Notes: a model not told the origin generated them from the letters alone. A stretch of DNA of 64,000 bases from a bacterium (GCA_024277725.1 JAJRUP010000152.1:520-64519); one strand, 5' to 3'. Shown: positions 47,653 to 58,485, numbered from the stretch's first letter. Numbers and translations are program-made.

Positions 47653-48024
47653 TCAACCGGGAAACTGCCTGCCCAGAAGATTCAGGATCGGAACGACCCC
47701 GATCAGCAGAACCACCACCGCAAGACCGGCCAACACGAAAAAGAGTCCCTTCTGATGACGGACGCCCCACCCGGTATCAATCAGAAGGAGGCGTACCCCG
47801 TTCAAGGCATGATACAGTACCGTCCCCAACAGTCCGACTTCAAAGAAGAGAAAGAGAGGAGTCTGCACCGTCGCCATAACACGATCGAACCCTTCCGGGC
47901 CCTGACCAATCGTGCGGACCACCCAGATATGGATCACCAGGTAAAGGGAAAGGAGAAGACCCGTAATCCGGTGAAGCACCCAGGCAAAGGACCCGACGTG
48001 CCATTGATACCGTTGTGCCGACAT
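47653..48024 (-). CDS. sdhC: succinate dehydrogenase cytochrome b subunit (SdhC-like)
   Basis: QRYQWHVGSFAWVLHRITG parallels the E. coli SdhC N-terminus. GGAAAGG RBS before the ATG at 48024. Confidence 0.65.
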   Translation of the reverse strand: MSAQRYQWHVGSFAWVLHRITGLLLSLYLVIHIWVVRTIGQGPEGFDRVMATVQTPLFLFFEVGLLGTVLYHALNGVRLLLIDTGWGVRHQKGLFFVLAGLAVVVLLIGVVPILNLLGRQFPG

Positions 48025-48149
48025 CTGCTGCAGCCTTTCCTCAAAGAACCGGCCGGCCGAAATCATAAGGGAGAAAAACAGAAGAATTTCTATGACTATA
48101 CCGAAGAGGCAGCAAATTTTCAATGGAATTTCTCAAATTCCTGCCCGCC

Positions 48150-48192
48150 TGCAGAAAATAAAGAAGGGCCGGGACCGGCAAACCGGTCCCGG
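48150..48192 (-). terminator. intrinsic terminator after comEA (ccgggaccgg-tttg-ccggtcccgg + T-rich on minus strand)
   Basis: 10-bp perfect stem at 48169-48192 followed on the minus strand by cccttctttattttctg. Confidence 0.65.
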
Positions 48193-48210
48193 CAGGAAAG
48201 ACCCAAGGAA

Positions 48211-48540
48211 TCAGTGGGGAAGGTCGCGGTGCTTTACCGAAACCGTCACGCGAGGCTTGATCTTTTCCAACAGTTTCTCACCAATCCCCTTGACCCGGAG
48301 AAGGTCTTCGACGGATGCAAAGTTTCCCTTCTTCAGCCGGTAGTCGATGATGGCCTGTGCCTTCTTCTCCCCGATGCCGGGCAGGGTACTGAGTTGATCG
48401 AGGCTCGCCCGGTTCAGATCGACTTTTTCCACCTTCACTTTCATGGAGACAGCGGAGTCACCGGCCGTCACCGTTGAAACCCCCAGGGCAACCAGAACGA
48501 TGACGGCAAAAATTACGGTAGTGGCGTATCTTTTTCTCAT
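48211..48540 (-). CDS. comEA: ComEA-family helix-hairpin-helix DNA-binding protein
   Basis: Signal/TM N-terminus, [26 protein letters not shown]...[10 protein letters not shown] tandem HhH. Confidence 0.75.
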   Translation of the reverse strand: MRKRYATTVIFAVIVLVALGVSTVTAGDSAVSMKVKVEKVDLNRASLDQLSTLPGIGEKKAQAIIDYRLKKGNFASVEDLLRVKGIGEKLLEKIKPRVTVSVKHRDLPH

Positions 48541-48862
48541 CACTTTTCCCTCCTTGATGATATGGACGGCACGCAAAAAATCAGACGGACTTCCGAAGAA
48601 AGTTGGATCACCTCCCTTGGCGCGGATTTTGAGACAATGGCCTTGTTTTTTAGAGATGAGAGCGGTGCAGGTAGATGAGAATTTCTGCTTTAGAAGAAAA
48701 GATACCCAAAAAGCATTGTTTACGCTAACATCCGCAAGAAACGGAGTCAAGCCTTTTTTCATCTTGCTTTTTCACAAAGTCGTCAAGTTTCCTGTTGACG
48801 GAAAGGGAGATGACTTGATAAGTTTTAAAAGATCAAATCACGCAAACAACGGAGCCCTCTTT

Positions 48863-51040
48863 ATGAAAAAATGGAACATCCTGTTTTCCACCTTCCTCCT
48901 CATCTTCCTGTCCGTCCTTCCAACCTCGATTTTCGCAGAAGATCGTTATGTACCGGGAGAACTCCTGGTACGGTACAAATCGCAGGTCTCCGCATCGGCG
49001 GTGGCCCAATCCCTGAGCGCAAAGGGCGCCGAACAGATCGACGGCTCCCGCCGAAGGAGCCTTCACCATGTCCGTCTTCCCGAAGGAACCACCGTGGAGG
49101 AAGCGCTCCGGGAATTCCGGAACGACCCCGACGTCCTCTATGCCGAACCGAACTATATCGTCCATGCCCTGGGACAGACCTTTCCCAACGAAAAAGACAA
49201 TGCATCCGAAAAATGGGAGCAACAGTGGGGTCTGTACAATACGGGCCTGTCAATCGGGACAGGAAACACCACCGGCACGGCCGGGGCCGATATCAACGCC
49301 CCCGAGGCCTGGGACATTACGACCGGTTCGACCAATACGGTCATCGCCATCCTCGATACGGGGATGGACATGGACCATCCGGAGTTGGTCAACCAGCTCT
49401 GGACCAACAGTGGAGAGACGGCCGGGAATGGCCGGGATGACGACGGGAACGGCTACGTCGATGATCGTCAGGGATGGGACTTCATCAACGACGACAACGA
49501 TCCCGACGATGACAATCTTGGTGCGGGAAGCAACCAGAATAACCACGGGACCCATATCGCCGGGATTATCGGTGCGGAGGGGAACAACAGTACCGGGATC
49601 GCAGGCATCAACTGGGACGTCTCTCTCATGATCCTTAAAGTCCTCGATGCCAATGGAGAAGGCCCGGTCGACAAGATCGTCCTCGCCATCGATTACGCCA
49701 TCGACAAAGGGGCCAAGATCATCAACGCCAGTTGGGGCCTGACCAGCTTCAGCCAATCCCTGTACGATACCGTCAAAGACGCCCGGGACAGCGGTCTTCT
49801 TGTGATTGCCGCGGCAGGAAACACCTCGACCGTCGAATATCCGGCCCGGTACAATCTCGACAATATCATCTCCGTGACCGCAACCGATCTCGATGACAAC
49901 CTGGCTGATTTCGGCACCGGCACCAAGGCCGCCGTCGGTGTCCGGGACGTCGATCTCGCAGCGCCGGGGGAGCTGATCTACAGCACCTTCATCGTCGGAG
50001 ACGCCCCGGCCAACCTCTCGGACAACACAAAGGACTACTACTGGAAGGACGGAACCTCCCAGGCCGCGGCCTTCGTCTCCGGTGTGGCCGGGCTTCTCCT
50101 GGCCGACAACTCGATCTTGACCCCCGACCAGATCAAGGCCCGGATTCTGGGAAGTGTGGAGACGGATTCCATCACCGACACCTCCATCTTGAACTCCACT
50201 GCCAGCGGCGGACGGCTCAATGCGGCGGCGGCCCTAACCAGCCAGATCGTCGTCGTCCCCTACGGTACATCGCTCCTCAAAGGGGAGATCCGCCAGTTCA
50301 CCCTTGACGGCGCCGTCGCCACCGACTGGGCCACCAGCAACCCCAACGTGGGGACCATCGACGCCAACGGCCTCTTCACCGCCGAGGGGACCGGCTCCTG
50401 CACCGTCTTGGCCAACAACGAGACCTATACCTCGGGGACGATCTACGTGGAGGAGATCACCGTCAACGTGGATACCACCTCCCTCGACCCGGACGAGACC
50501 ACAACCATTACCGCCTCCGGCGGAACCGCCCCCTATACCTACACCAGCAGCGACCCGAAGGTCCTGACCGTCGATGCCGCAAGCGGCGTGGCCACCGGCG
50601 TGGACAAGGGGAGCGCCACGGTCACCGCCTCCGACGCCCGGGGCTTCTTCGGGATCTCCGAAAGCATCTCCGTCTCTTCGGCGGGGAGCGGGAAGGTCAC
50701 AGGAAACTGCTTCATCGCGACCGCCGCCTACGGCTCGCAACTGGAACCCCACGTGCGGACCCTGCGGCATTTCCGGGACCGATACCTGCTGACCAATGAC
50801 GCGGGCCGTCTCTTCGTCCGCCTTTACTATCGCTTAAGCCCCCCCCTCGCTGCAACCATCGCCGCACACCCGGCCCTGCGGACGGTCGTTCGCTTTCTCC
50901 TGCTCCCCCTGGTTCTTTTCGGATCCTTGATGGTGAAGACAGGGATCTCCTGGAAGGTCTTTTTCGCGGTACTGTTCGTGATCATCGGAGGGACGGCCAT
51001 GCTGCTGCGGCGCCGATCCGGAACGGTTCAATCACCATGA
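48863..51040 (+). CDS. secreted S8 subtilisin-like serine protease with Ig-like domains and an unusual C-terminal Cys-containing tail
   Basis: Signal peptide, inhibitor-I9-like propeptide. Catalytic D (AILDTGMD), H ([10 protein letters not shown]), S ([13 protein letters not shown]). Two Big_2-like domains. C-terminal tail described in findings. Confidence 0.8.
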   Translation: MKKWNILFSTFLLIFLSVLPTSIFAEDRYVPGELLVRYKSQVSASAVAQSLSAKGAEQIDGSRRRSLHHVRLPEGTTVEEALREFRNDPDVLYAEPNYIVHALGQTFPNEKDNASEKWEQQWGLYNTGLSIGTGNTTGTAGADINAPEAWDITTGSTNTVIAILDTGMDMDHPELVNQLWTNSGETAGNGRDDDGNGYVDDRQGWDFINDDNDPDDDNLGAGSNQNNHGTHIAGIIGAEGNNSTGIAGINWDVSLMILKVLDANGEGPVDKIVLAIDYAIDKGAKIINASWGLTSFSQSLYDTVKDARDSGLLVIAAAGNTSTVEYPARYNLDNIISVTATDLDDNLADFGTGTKAAVGVRDVDLAAPGELIYSTFIVGDAPANLSDNTKDYYWKDGTSQAAAFVSGVAGLLLADNSILTPDQIKARILGSVETDSITDTSILNSTASGGRLNAAAALTSQIVVVPYGTSLLKGEIRQFTLDGAVATDWATSNPNVGTIDANGLFTAEGTGSCTVLANNETYTSGTIYVEEITVNVDTTSLDPDETTTITASGGTAPYTYTSSDPKVLTVDAASGVATGVDKGSATVTASDARGFFGISESISVSSAGSGKVTGNCFIATAAYGSQLEPHVRTLRHFRDRYLLTNDAGRLFVRLYYRLSPPLAATIAAHPALRTVVRFLLLPLVLFGSLMVKTGISWKVFFAVLFVIIGGTAMLLRRRSGTVQSP

Positions 51041-51106
51041 AGGGCATGAAGAACAGGAAGGAAAACCGGTCATCCCAAAGGCAAGAGTAAAATCAAAAAG
51101 CAGAAC

Positions 51107-51198
51107 CACCGGGGGAACACGGGGAAAAACTTGTTATTCCCTCTCCCCTTGGGGAGAGGGTCAGGGTGAGGGGGGAAGTTGATGCAGCCTGAAAGCTT
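51107..51198 (+). repeat. R1 copy of the hairpin-module repeat (ccctctcccc-ttgg-ggagaggg core)
   Basis: ccaccgggggaacacgggg...ttattccctctccccttggggagagggtcagggtgaggggggaagttgatgcagcctgaaagct. Convergent intergenic between the protease and proS. Confidence 0.55.
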
Positions 51199-51206
51199 CG
51201 GCTTCT

Positions 51207-52913
51207 CTATCCCGAAATCAGGGAGAGGACCTTCGGAACCGCTTCCTCCACGGCAACCCGGGTCATCTCACCGGTCCTGCGCTCCTTGATCTCCACGACC
51301 CCCTCCTTCAGCCCCCGGTCGCCGATCACGATCCGGCAGGGGATGCCGATCAGGTCGGCGTCCTTGAACTTGAAGCCGGGACGTTCGTTCCGGTCGTCGA
51401 GAAGAACATCGATCCCTTTCTCCCTCAAGGCCCCGTAGAATTTCTCCGCCAGGTCAACAACCTCCTTTGACTTGGCGCTGAGGGGAAGGATCAGGGCCGA
51501 AAAGGGAGCGATCGGAACGGGCCAGCAGATTCCGTCGGGGTCGTGATTCTGTTCGATGGCAGCCGCAGCGGTCCGCCCCACACCGATCCCGTAGCACCCC
51601 ATGATCATCGGCCGGCTTTTGCCGTCCTCATCGAGGAAGGTCGCCCCCATCGACTCACTGTACTTCGTCCCGAGCTTGAAGATGTGCCCCACTTCGATTC
51701 CCCGGCTGATCTTCAGCCTTCCGGAACAGCGGGGACAGCCGTCCCCTTCCCGGGCGATCCGGATATCGTCGAAGGCGTCGGGTGTAAAATCACGGTTCAC
51801 CCGGACGTTGACCAGATGAAGATCGGCACGGTTCGCTCCCGTCACCCCCTCCGTGACGGAAAGAATCCCGTGATCTGCGATCACCGGCACACCGGTCAGG
51901 CCCACGGGACCGGAGAAACCGGAGGGACCGCCCGTGACCTTCTGCACCGTCTCCTCGTCGGCCAGGGTGATCGTCTCCCAGCCGAGACGGTTCTTGAGCT
52001 TGATCTCGTTCAATTCGTGATCCCCCCGGACCAGCCCCACCGCGGCGTGGCCCTCCCCGTCCATCACGATGAGGGTCTTGATCAGTTTTTCCGGCCCGAC
52101 ATTCAAAAAGGCGGAAACCTCCTCCACACTCTTTTTGCCCGGCGTCCGAACCTCCTCGAGCGTGCCCGCTTTCCCGGAAGCGGCGGCAGGCTCCTTGCGG
52201 ATCCCGGCCCGCTCCGTATTGGCGGCATAGCTGCAGGAATCGCAACAGGCCACGGCATCCTCACCGGTTTCGGCCATGACCATGAACTCATGGGAAAAGT
52301 TTCCGCCGATGGTCCCCGTATCGGCCTCAACGGCCCGGAATTCCAGGCCGCACCGCTCGAAGATCCGGCAGTAAGCATCAAACATCTTCCGGTAGCTTTC
52401 ATCGACCCCCGCCTCGTCCCGGTCGAAACTGTAGGCATCCTTCATGATGAACTCCCGCCCCCGCATCAGGCCGAAACGGGGCCGGATCTCATCGCGGAAC
52501 TTCGTCTGGATCTGGTAGAGATTGAGGGGAAGTTCCCGGTAGGAACGGACGTTCATCCGCACCAGGTCGGTAACCACCTCCTCGTGGGTCGGGCCGATGC
52601 AGAACTCCGTATCCTTCCGGTCGCGGACCCGGAGGAGTTCCCGGCCGTAGTGGTCCCAACGACCGCTCTCCTTCCAGAGCGAGGCCGGCTGCACCGCCGG
52701 CATCAGAACCTCCTGGGCACCGGCCCGGTTCATCTCCTCCCGGATGATCTGCTCCACCTTCCGGATCACCCGGTAACCGAGCGGAAGGTAGGTATAGATG
52801 CCCGCCGCCAGTTTCCGGATCATCCCGGCCCGCATCATCAACTTGTGGCTCACCACCTCGGCCTCGGCCGGGTCCTCTTTCAACGTCGGAATGAGTAACT
52901 GCGAATAGCGCAT
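51207..52913 (-). CDS. proS: proline--tRNA ligase
   Basis: Class-II aaRS motifs with an editing-domain insertion. Start at [13 protein letters not shown]. Confidence 0.9.
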   Translation of the reverse strand: MRYSQLLIPTLKEDPAEAEVVSHKLMMRAGMIRKLAAGIYTYLPLGYRVIRKVEQIIREEMNRAGAQEVLMPAVQPASLWKESGRWDHYGRELLRVRDRKDTEFCIGPTHEEVVTDLVRMNVRSYRELPLNLYQIQTKFRDEIRPRFGLMRGREFIMKDAYSFDRDEAGVDESYRKMFDAYCRIFERCGLEFRAVEADTGTIGGNFSHEFMVMAETGEDAVACCDSCSYAANTERAGIRKEPAAASGKAGTLEEVRTPGKKSVEEVSAFLNVGPEKLIKTLIVMDGEGHAAVGLVRGDHELNEIKLKNRLGWETITLADEETVQKVTGGPSGFSGPVGLTGVPVIADHGILSVTEGVTGANRADLHLVNVRVNRDFTPDAFDDIRIAREGDGCPRCSGRLKISRGIEVGHIFKLGTKYSESMGATFLDEDGKSRPMIMGCYGIGVGRTAAAAIEQNHDPDGICWPVPIAPFSALILPLSAKSKEVVDLAEKFYGALREKGIDVLLDDRNERPGFKFKDADLIGIPCRIVIGDRGLKEGVVEIKERRTGEMTRVAVEEAVPKVLSLISG

Positions 52914-52999
52914 GAAAACGCCCCTTCTGTTGAATCGCAAAAAAATGACCTGAACGATCCGATATTCTTAACAGATGAAGGCGGGAATTTCAACCGGAA

Positions 53000-53656
53000 T
53001 CAGCTCAACCGTGCAAAACCGTACCAGATGCGGACCATTTGCCACAGGGTCAGCGGCTTCGTGACCACCTCCGTCCGGCCGGCGCGGACCGCCTGCACGA
53101 TGGAAGAAATCGACCTTTCGGCATCAACGATCGTCGATGTCCTGTCAAACTGACGAAGCATGTGGGTATCGGAGGAACCAACCAGGGGGATGCCGTAGTC
53201 TCGGCAGATTCGTTCCGCCTTTCGGTTGTAATTGACCAGGCGGTGATAGAAATGGGAGAACTCGACGGCGTCGAAAAGCGTCCTGTTCTGCATGAATCGT
53301 CCGTTGAGACAGGTGGTCTTGGGAAAGAAGGGATGAGGAGCGATGATGAGCAGATGTTCATCCTTCGCCTCCCGGAGGTCCCGGAAATCCCGGATCGACT
53401 GATGTTCCGCTCTTGCATTAATCAGAAGGACATGCTTGCCTTCCACAAGGAGTTCGATCCCCGGGATCAGGAGGATCCCCCGCTCCCCGGCATAGTCCCG
53501 CAACTCCTCACTGAAGGTTACCACCCCGTGGTTGGTAATGGAGAGGACATCATACCCCTTGTGACAGGCAAGATCAATGATCTCCCGGTCCGAATAGGAG
53601 ATCCGGTCGTAAAGGTCGGAACCGGTATGGAGATGAAAATCACACTTGAGTTTCAC
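53000..53656 (-). CDS. PHP-domain metal-dependent phosphoesterase
   Basis: CDFHLHTGSDLYD..ITNHG..APHPF..GSSDTH polymerase/histidinol-phosphatase fold motifs. Confidence 0.75.
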   Translation of the reverse strand: MKLKCDFHLHTGSDLYDRISYSDREIIDLACHKGYDVLSITNHGVVTFSEELRDYAGERGILLIPGIELLVEGKHVLLINARAEHQSIRDFRDLREAKDEHLLIIAPHPFFPKTTCLNGRFMQNRTLFDAVEFSHFYHRLVNYNRKAERICRDYGIPLVGSSDTHMLRQFDRTSTIVDAERSISSIVQAVRAGRTEVVTKPLTLWQMVRIWYGFARLS

Positions 53657-53833
53657 AGGTCACCTCAACGATTATCATAGCATATTTTTCCCATTGCCGG
53701 AGGGGAAACCTCCCGCGGAAAGACGACCGGAGGCGACCTTCTGCGGCACGGTGGCCGGAAAAAGGCCCTTGTAAAAAATCACAGAGGAGGAGTTTCAACG
53801 GGGGGAGAACATGACAGGGAAATTCCAATTCGG

Positions 53834-54337
53834 CTATGCCGGGGAACCGGGGAAGACGGTGACGATCCGGTCCCCCACGTGAACATCGAATTCGGAGCAG
53901 AGCAGCACCAGTTCTGCATCCTCCAGGGGCATGTTGATCTCCAGGGCGATCGGTTTTTTCCCGGCATCCACCCGGTACCGGTAGAGGTCCTTTGCCTCCA
54001 ACAGACGTTCCGAGATCGAAAGCGGGGTCAGGTCGAAGATCCGCAACCGGTCCCGCTCCACCCGGTTCCGGTAGTAGATCTGCACGACATCCCGGAAAAC
54101 AAGCCGGTGGGGAAGATAGGGATTGACCGTCCCGGAATTGATCCGCAACCAATCCTGACACCGCAGATCGACACGAACTTCTTCGCCGTGAAGATCCAGA
54201 TCAACCGTCTCCACATCCGCCTGGTGGAAGGAGAAATCCTGCCGAAAGGTTTCGGAATCGATCCGACCTCCCGCAATGTCGTCTGCAACTTTTTTCAGAT
54301 ATTCCCGGATCTGGTCGTCCGAATAATTTTCCGTCAT
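53834..54337 (-). CDS. hypothetical protein (about 167 aa)
   Basis: No recognised motif. GTG/ATG starts at 54343/54337. Preceded on its strand by repeat copy R2. Confidence 0.45.
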   Translation of the reverse strand: MTENYSDDQIREYLKKVADDIAGGRIDSETFRQDFSFHQADVETVDLDLHGEEVRVDLRCQDWLRINSGTVNPYLPHRLVFRDVVQIYYRNRVERDRLRIFDLTPLSISERLLEAKDLYRYRVDAGKKPIALEINMPLEDAELVLLCSEFDVHVGDRIVTVFPGSPA

Positions 54338-54416
54338 TGACACCTTCTCCTTGATTCTAATTCTCCCGGTCGAAAGACGAAAGGCCGTCCCAGGTAAACC
54401 GGGACACTACTCATAA

Positions 54417-54490
54417 AGCTTTCAGCTCTTACGCCCCCTCATCCCAACCTTCTCCCCCAAGGGGAGAAGGAGAAATAACAGGTTTGGTTT
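54417..54490 (-). repeat. R2 copy (inverted orientation) of the hairpin-module repeat
   Basis: Reverse complement reads caaacctgttatttctccttctccccttgggggagaaggttgggatgagggggcgtaagagctgaaagct, collinear with R1. Confidence 0.55.
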
Positions 54491-54508
54491 TATCCTGTAG
54501 ACCCTGTC

Positions 54509-54760
54509 TGAAAGGTTTTGCCTTTCTCTGCGGCCTCCGCGTCTCTGCGGTGAATGCCTTTCGCCTTTGACTTTGGTTTTGACTTTCTCCGTGTCCTCCG
54601 TGGTCTCCGTGGTCAAAGCTTTTGGCCTTTGATTTTGACTTCTGTCTTTTCCCCCGTGACTCCCCGTGTTCCCCGTGGTGAATGCTTTTCGCCTTTGACT
54701 TGTTTTGTTTTCTCTGCGTACTTCGCGGCTCTGCGGTGAATGCCTTTCGCCTTCCATCTC
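54509..54760. repeat. degenerate ~60-bp tandem repeats (4-5 units) with direct TTTGAYTT repeats at ~11-12-bp spacing
   Basis: Units of the form cYcYgYggtgaatgcYtttcgcctttgactt(g)gttttgacttYctc. Not CRISPR-like: no unique spacers and the repeats are degenerate. Confidence 0.6.
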
Positions 54761-54761
54761 T

Positions 54762-55409
54762 TTAATCCAGCCCCACACGATCGCAGTAATCGTAGATCCG
54801 GCACTCCCCGCACTTCGGACCGATGGGACGGCAAAGGTTCTGGCCGTAGGTGACGAGCAAATCATTGATGACCTTCCAGTGTTTCTTCGGGAGTTTTTCC
54901 CGAAGGGCAAATTCCGTCTTCTCGGGCGTGGCGGTCTCCACATACCCCCACCGGTTCGTGATCCGGTGAACATGGGTGTCGACACAGATCCCGTATTTGT
55001 CATAGCCGATGGTCACCACGAGGTTGGCCGTCTTCCGTCCGACGCCGGGGAGGGTGAGGAGTTCCTCAATCGTATCGGGCACCCGGGAGTCAAAATCCGC
55101 CATCAATCTCCGGGAGATTTCCCGGACATTTTTCGCCTTGACGCGGTAGAAACCGACGGGATAGATCAATTTCTCGATTTTCCTGACCGGAAGCTTTGCC
55201 AGGGTCTCGGGCGCTCTTGCCACGGCAAAAAGACGTTTCGACGCCGCAGCGGTCGTGCCGTCCTGTGTCCGCAGAGAGAGGACGCAGGAGATCAGGATCT
55301 GGAAAGGATCCCGCGTCTTCTCGGCCACGACCCCCACAATGGGGACCTTCCACTGCTTCACTTCCTTCTTCAGGATCCGGACAACTGCGTCGATCTGTCG
55401 GTCATCCAT
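54762..55409 (-). CDS. nth: endonuclease III
   Basis: HhH-GPD (LLTLPGVGRKTANLV), catalytic K/D, [4Fe-4S] CxxxxxxCxxCxxxxxC at the C-terminus. Confidence 0.9.
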   Translation of the reverse strand: MDDRQIDAVVRILKKEVKQWKVPIVGVVAEKTRDPFQILISCVLSLRTQDGTTAAASKRLFAVARAPETLAKLPVRKIEKLIYPVGFYRVKAKNVREISRRLMADFDSRVPDTIEELLTLPGVGRKTANLVVTIGYDKYGICVDTHVHRITNRWGYVETATPEKTEFALREKLPKKHWKVINDLLVTYGQNLCRPIGPKCGECRIYDYCDRVGLD

Positions 55410-55480
55410 TGTATTCTCGAGCGTCCATCATAATCGGTTAAGCGTGATGCGCACTGCACTGAGCGATCAGCAGTCAACGG

Positions 55481-55585
55481 TCAGCTTTCAGCCTTCATCA
55501 ACTTTCCCCCTCACCCTGGCCCTCTCCCCAAAGGGAGAGGGGAGGATAAGGTTCCCCTGTGACACCCCGTGTTCCCCGTGGTTGA
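55481..55585 (-). repeat. R3 copy (inverted orientation) of the hairpin-module repeat
   Basis: Reverse complement reads cacggggaacacggggtgtcacaggggaaccttatcctcccctctccctttggggagagggccagggtgagggggaaagttgatgaaggctgaaagct, near-identical in layout to R1. Confidence 0.55.
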
Positions 55586-55690
55586 TTGCTTTTGCCTTTG
55601 TTTTTCTCTGCGTCTCTGCGGTGAAAGCTTTTCAGCTTTGTTTTTTATTCTTTGTTTTTGCTTTTTCATCTTTCATATTTTTCCCGATCT
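55565..55690. repeat. second block of the degenerate tandem repeats, overlapping the ispG 3' end
   Basis: ccccgtggttgattgcttttgcctttg / ctctgcggtgaaagcttttcagctttg and T-rich continuation. Encodes the Lys-rich ispG tail on the opposite strand. Confidence 0.5.
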
Positions 55691-56729
55691 CCTCCATGAG
55701 GGCATCGGCCAGCTCTTCTTCCCTGACCTTCCGGACGACCTTCCCTTTCCTAAAGACGAGTCCCACCCCCTTGCCGCCGGCGATCCCGAAATCGGCCTCC
55801 CGTGCCTCGCCGGGACCGTTGACGACACACCCCATGACGGCCACTTCGATCGGCCTTTTCATCTTCGTCAGACGCTCCTCCACCTCCCGGGCCAACCCGA
55901 TCAGGTCGATCTCACACCGGCCGCAGGTGGGGCAGGAGATCATCGTCGGCCCCGCCTCGCGAAGTCCCAGCGATTTGAGGATCTCGATCCCGACCCGCAC
56001 CTCCTGTACAGGGTCGTCCGTCAACGAAACCCGAAGGGTGTCTCCGATCCCCTCGCTTAGCAGGACACCCAAGCCAACGGAGGATTTCACCGTCCCCGCA
56101 AGGAAGGTCCCGGCTTCGGTGATCCCGATATGGAGAGGATAGTCGGTCTTTTGTGCAATCAGCCGATAGGCCGCCACGGTCCGGGCAACGTCATGGGCCT
56201 TGAGGGAGATCTTGATCTGCCGGAAGTCAAGATCTTCCAGGATCCGGACATGGTGCAGAGCGGACTCCACCATCGCCTCCGGCGTGGGACCACCGTACTT
56301 CTCCCACATCTCGGGCTCCAGCGATCCGGCATTCACACCGATCCGGATCGGGATCTCCCGTTCCCCGGCCGCCTCAACGATCGTTTCGACACGGGCCCGC
56401 TCCCCGATGTTCCCGGGATTGATCCGGAGGGCATCGACGCCTGCATCGATCGCCATCAGGGCCAGCCGGTAATTGAAATGGATATCAGCAACCAGGGGGA
56501 GTTCGACGGCCTTCTTGATTTCGGAAAGCGCCCGGCCCGCCGCCTCGTCGGGAACGGCAACACGGACGATTTCGCATCCCGCCTCCCGGAGGCGTTCGAT
56601 CTGGGCAACCGTCGCTTCCACATCACGGGTATCGGTGTTGCACATCGACTGCACCGAGACGGAGGCCTCCCCGCCAACGGGGACATTGCCCACCCGGATC
56701 ATAGCGGTTTTCCTGCGGATGATCTTCAT
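55632..56729 (-). CDS. ispG: 4-hydroxy-3-methylbut-2-en-1-yl diphosphate synthase
   Basis: [22 protein letters not shown] [4Fe-4S] region. Lys-rich C-terminal tail ([13 protein letters not shown]) encoded within the repeat block. Confidence 0.9.
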   Translation of the reverse strand: MKIIRRKTAMIRVGNVPVGGEASVSVQSMCNTDTRDVEATVAQIERLREAGCEIVRVAVPDEAAGRALSEIKKAVELPLVADIHFNYRLALMAIDAGVDALRINPGNIGERARVETIVEAAGEREIPIRIGVNAGSLEPEMWEKYGGPTPEAMVESALHHVRILEDLDFRQIKISLKAHDVARTVAAYRLIAQKTDYPLHIGITEAGTFLAGTVKSSVGLGVLLSEGIGDTLRVSLTDDPVQEVRVGIEILKSLGLREAGPTMISCPTCGRCEIDLIGLAREVEERLTKMKRPIEVAVMGCVVNGPGEAREADFGIAGGKGVGLVFRKGKVVRKVREEELADALMEEIGKNMKDEKAKTKNKKQS

Positions 56730-56757
56730 GAAACCTCCGGAACAGCCACTCCTGTGA

Positions 56758-58383
56758 TCATTTGAAGACCCGCATCAGATCGTTGTAGAAGGCGAAGATC
56801 ATGAGAGAGATCAGGAGGAAGAGTCCGATCTGCTGGGCGATTTCCCGCTTCTGCATGCTCAGGGGGCGTCCCAGCAGCCCCTCGATGACGAAGAAGAGGA
56901 TATGGCCCCCGTCCAGGATCGGGATGGGCAGAAGGTTGAGAATCCCCAGGTTGATGCTGATGAGGGCGAGAAACTTGAAGAGTTCCAGCATCCCGTACTG
57001 GATCTGCTGTCCCGCCAGTTGCGCGATCAGGATCGGACCGCCGATCGTCTCCGCGGGGATCACCTGCTGAATCAGTTTGATCAGGCTCACGATGATTAAC
57101 CGGGTAATGTCCCAGGTCATCTGCAGGCCCTTGTAGAAGGCCATAAAAGGATTATACCGCACGGAAAGGGTCGGACCGGGTTCCGGACGATAGGCGCTCA
57201 GAACACCGATCTTCCCCATGACCACTTTTTTTCCCACGGCATCTTTCGTCAAAAACTCTTCGGGCACCACCGGAAGCGTCAGGGTTTTTCCGCCACGAAC
57301 CAGTTGGACGGAAAGAGAGATACCCGGATTCCTGCCGATAATCTCCTGGAGTTCTGCAAAACTTTTCAAAATCTTTCCATCGATGGCAACGATCCTGTCC
57401 CCGGCCTGGATCCCCGCCGCCTGTGCCGGAGAATCCTCCACCAGATCCTGCACGAATAGTTCCGCCGGAAAGATTCCCAGGAGGGTCGGAACCTTTTCGG
57501 GATCGGCCTGCAACGCCTGCAGCTCACCCGGGGTGAGCGACAGAGTCAGGGTGCGTTCCTCTTCCTCCCGCTTCACCGTCAGTTCAATCGATGTTCCCCG
57601 GACCCGACGGAGGGAACGTTTTAGTTGTGGAAAGTTATTTACTTCCTCGCCGTTCACGGTCAGGATACGGTCACCCGTCCGCAGACCGCTTCGGCCGGCC
57701 GGGGAAACGGGATTAGAGATCCCCACGACGGATGCCAGAGTATGATGCAGAATCCCGATGACGGAACGCTCCTCACTTTCGCCGAAGATGTTTTTCCGAT
57801 CCCGCAGCATCGGCTGGACCGTCACTTCAAACTGTTTTTCCTCCCGACGGACCGTAAGAATCAGGGGATTCCCGTCACTCTCCTTGATCCGCTCCGTCAG
57901 CTCCTCCCACAGCCGGACCGGCTCATGGTTGACGGCCACCACATGATCTCCTCCCCGGATGCCGACCTCCCAGGCCGGAGACCCTTCCTCCACCCGGCCG
58001 ATGGTGCTGTCCTCCGAGGGATAACCGACCATGAACATCCCCATGAAGATGAGCATCGCAAAAAGGATGTTCGAAAACGGTCCTGCGGCAACGATCAAAA
58101 AACGGCTCAACAGGGGCTGGTGATTGAATGAACGTGCCTCATCTTCCGGCAACAGCGGTTCCTTCGGATCTTCCCCGATCATCTTCACATAGCCCCCTAA
58201 GGGGATGGCCGACAGAAGGTATTCCGTCTCTCCGACCCGTTTCGCGATCAACTTGGGACCGAAACCGAGAGAGAACTTTTCAACACCGACCCGGAACCAC
58301 TTGGCCATGAGGAAATGTCCCAATTCATGCACAAAGATGAGGATCCCCAGAACAACGACAAAGGCTACAAAACTGGATAGCAT
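56758..58383 (-). CDS. rseP: RIP metalloprotease RseP (site-2 protease) with tandem PDZ domains
   Basis: HELGHF zinc motif in TM1, PDZ domains, C-terminal LDGG. Start at the [11 protein letters not shown] Met. Confidence 0.85.
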   Translation of the reverse strand: MLSSFVAFVVVLGILIFVHELGHFLMAKWFRVGVEKFSLGFGPKLIAKRVGETEYLLSAIPLGGYVKMIGEDPKEPLLPEDEARSFNHQPLLSRFLIVAAGPFSNILFAMLIFMGMFMVGYPSEDSTIGRVEEGSPAWEVGIRGGDHVVAVNHEPVRLWEELTERIKESDGNPLILTVRREEKQFEVTVQPMLRDRKNIFGESEERSVIGILHHTLASVVGISNPVSPAGRSGLRTGDRILTVNGEEVNNFPQLKRSLRRVRGTSIELTVKREEEERTLTLSLTPGELQALQADPEKVPTLLGIFPAELFVQDLVEDSPAQAAGIQAGDRIVAIDGKILKSFAELQEIIGRNPGISLSVQLVRGGKTLTLPVVPEEFLTKDAVGKKVVMGKIGVLSAYRPEPGPTLSVRYNPFMAFYKGLQMTWDITRLIIVSLIKLIQQVIPAETIGGPILIAQLAGQQIQYGMLELFKFLALISINLGILNLLPIPILDGGHILFFVIEGLLGRPLSMQKREIAQQIGLFLLISLMIFAFYNDLMRVFK

Positions 58384-58485
58384 AATATAATGAACATCCT
58401 TTTGAAGGGGTTTGTCCGATTCCTGCAATCCTGCAGACCCCGGATCCATTCCGGGGATTATAAAGGTAACATAATGAGGGGGAAA

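Noticed and set aside
54509-54760. Possible CRISPR array in the tandem-repeat region downstream of nth
   Set aside because: Repeat units are degenerate (about 70-85% identical), directly abutting or separated by short similar spacers, about 60 bp long and T/G-rich. There are no unique spacers of uniform length and no cas genes anywhere in the window.
54422-55003. 193-aa minus-strand ORF spanning the repeat block and overlapping nth
   Set aside because: The translation is a repetitive low-complexity product of the tandem repeats and overlaps the nth reading frame. No start-site support.
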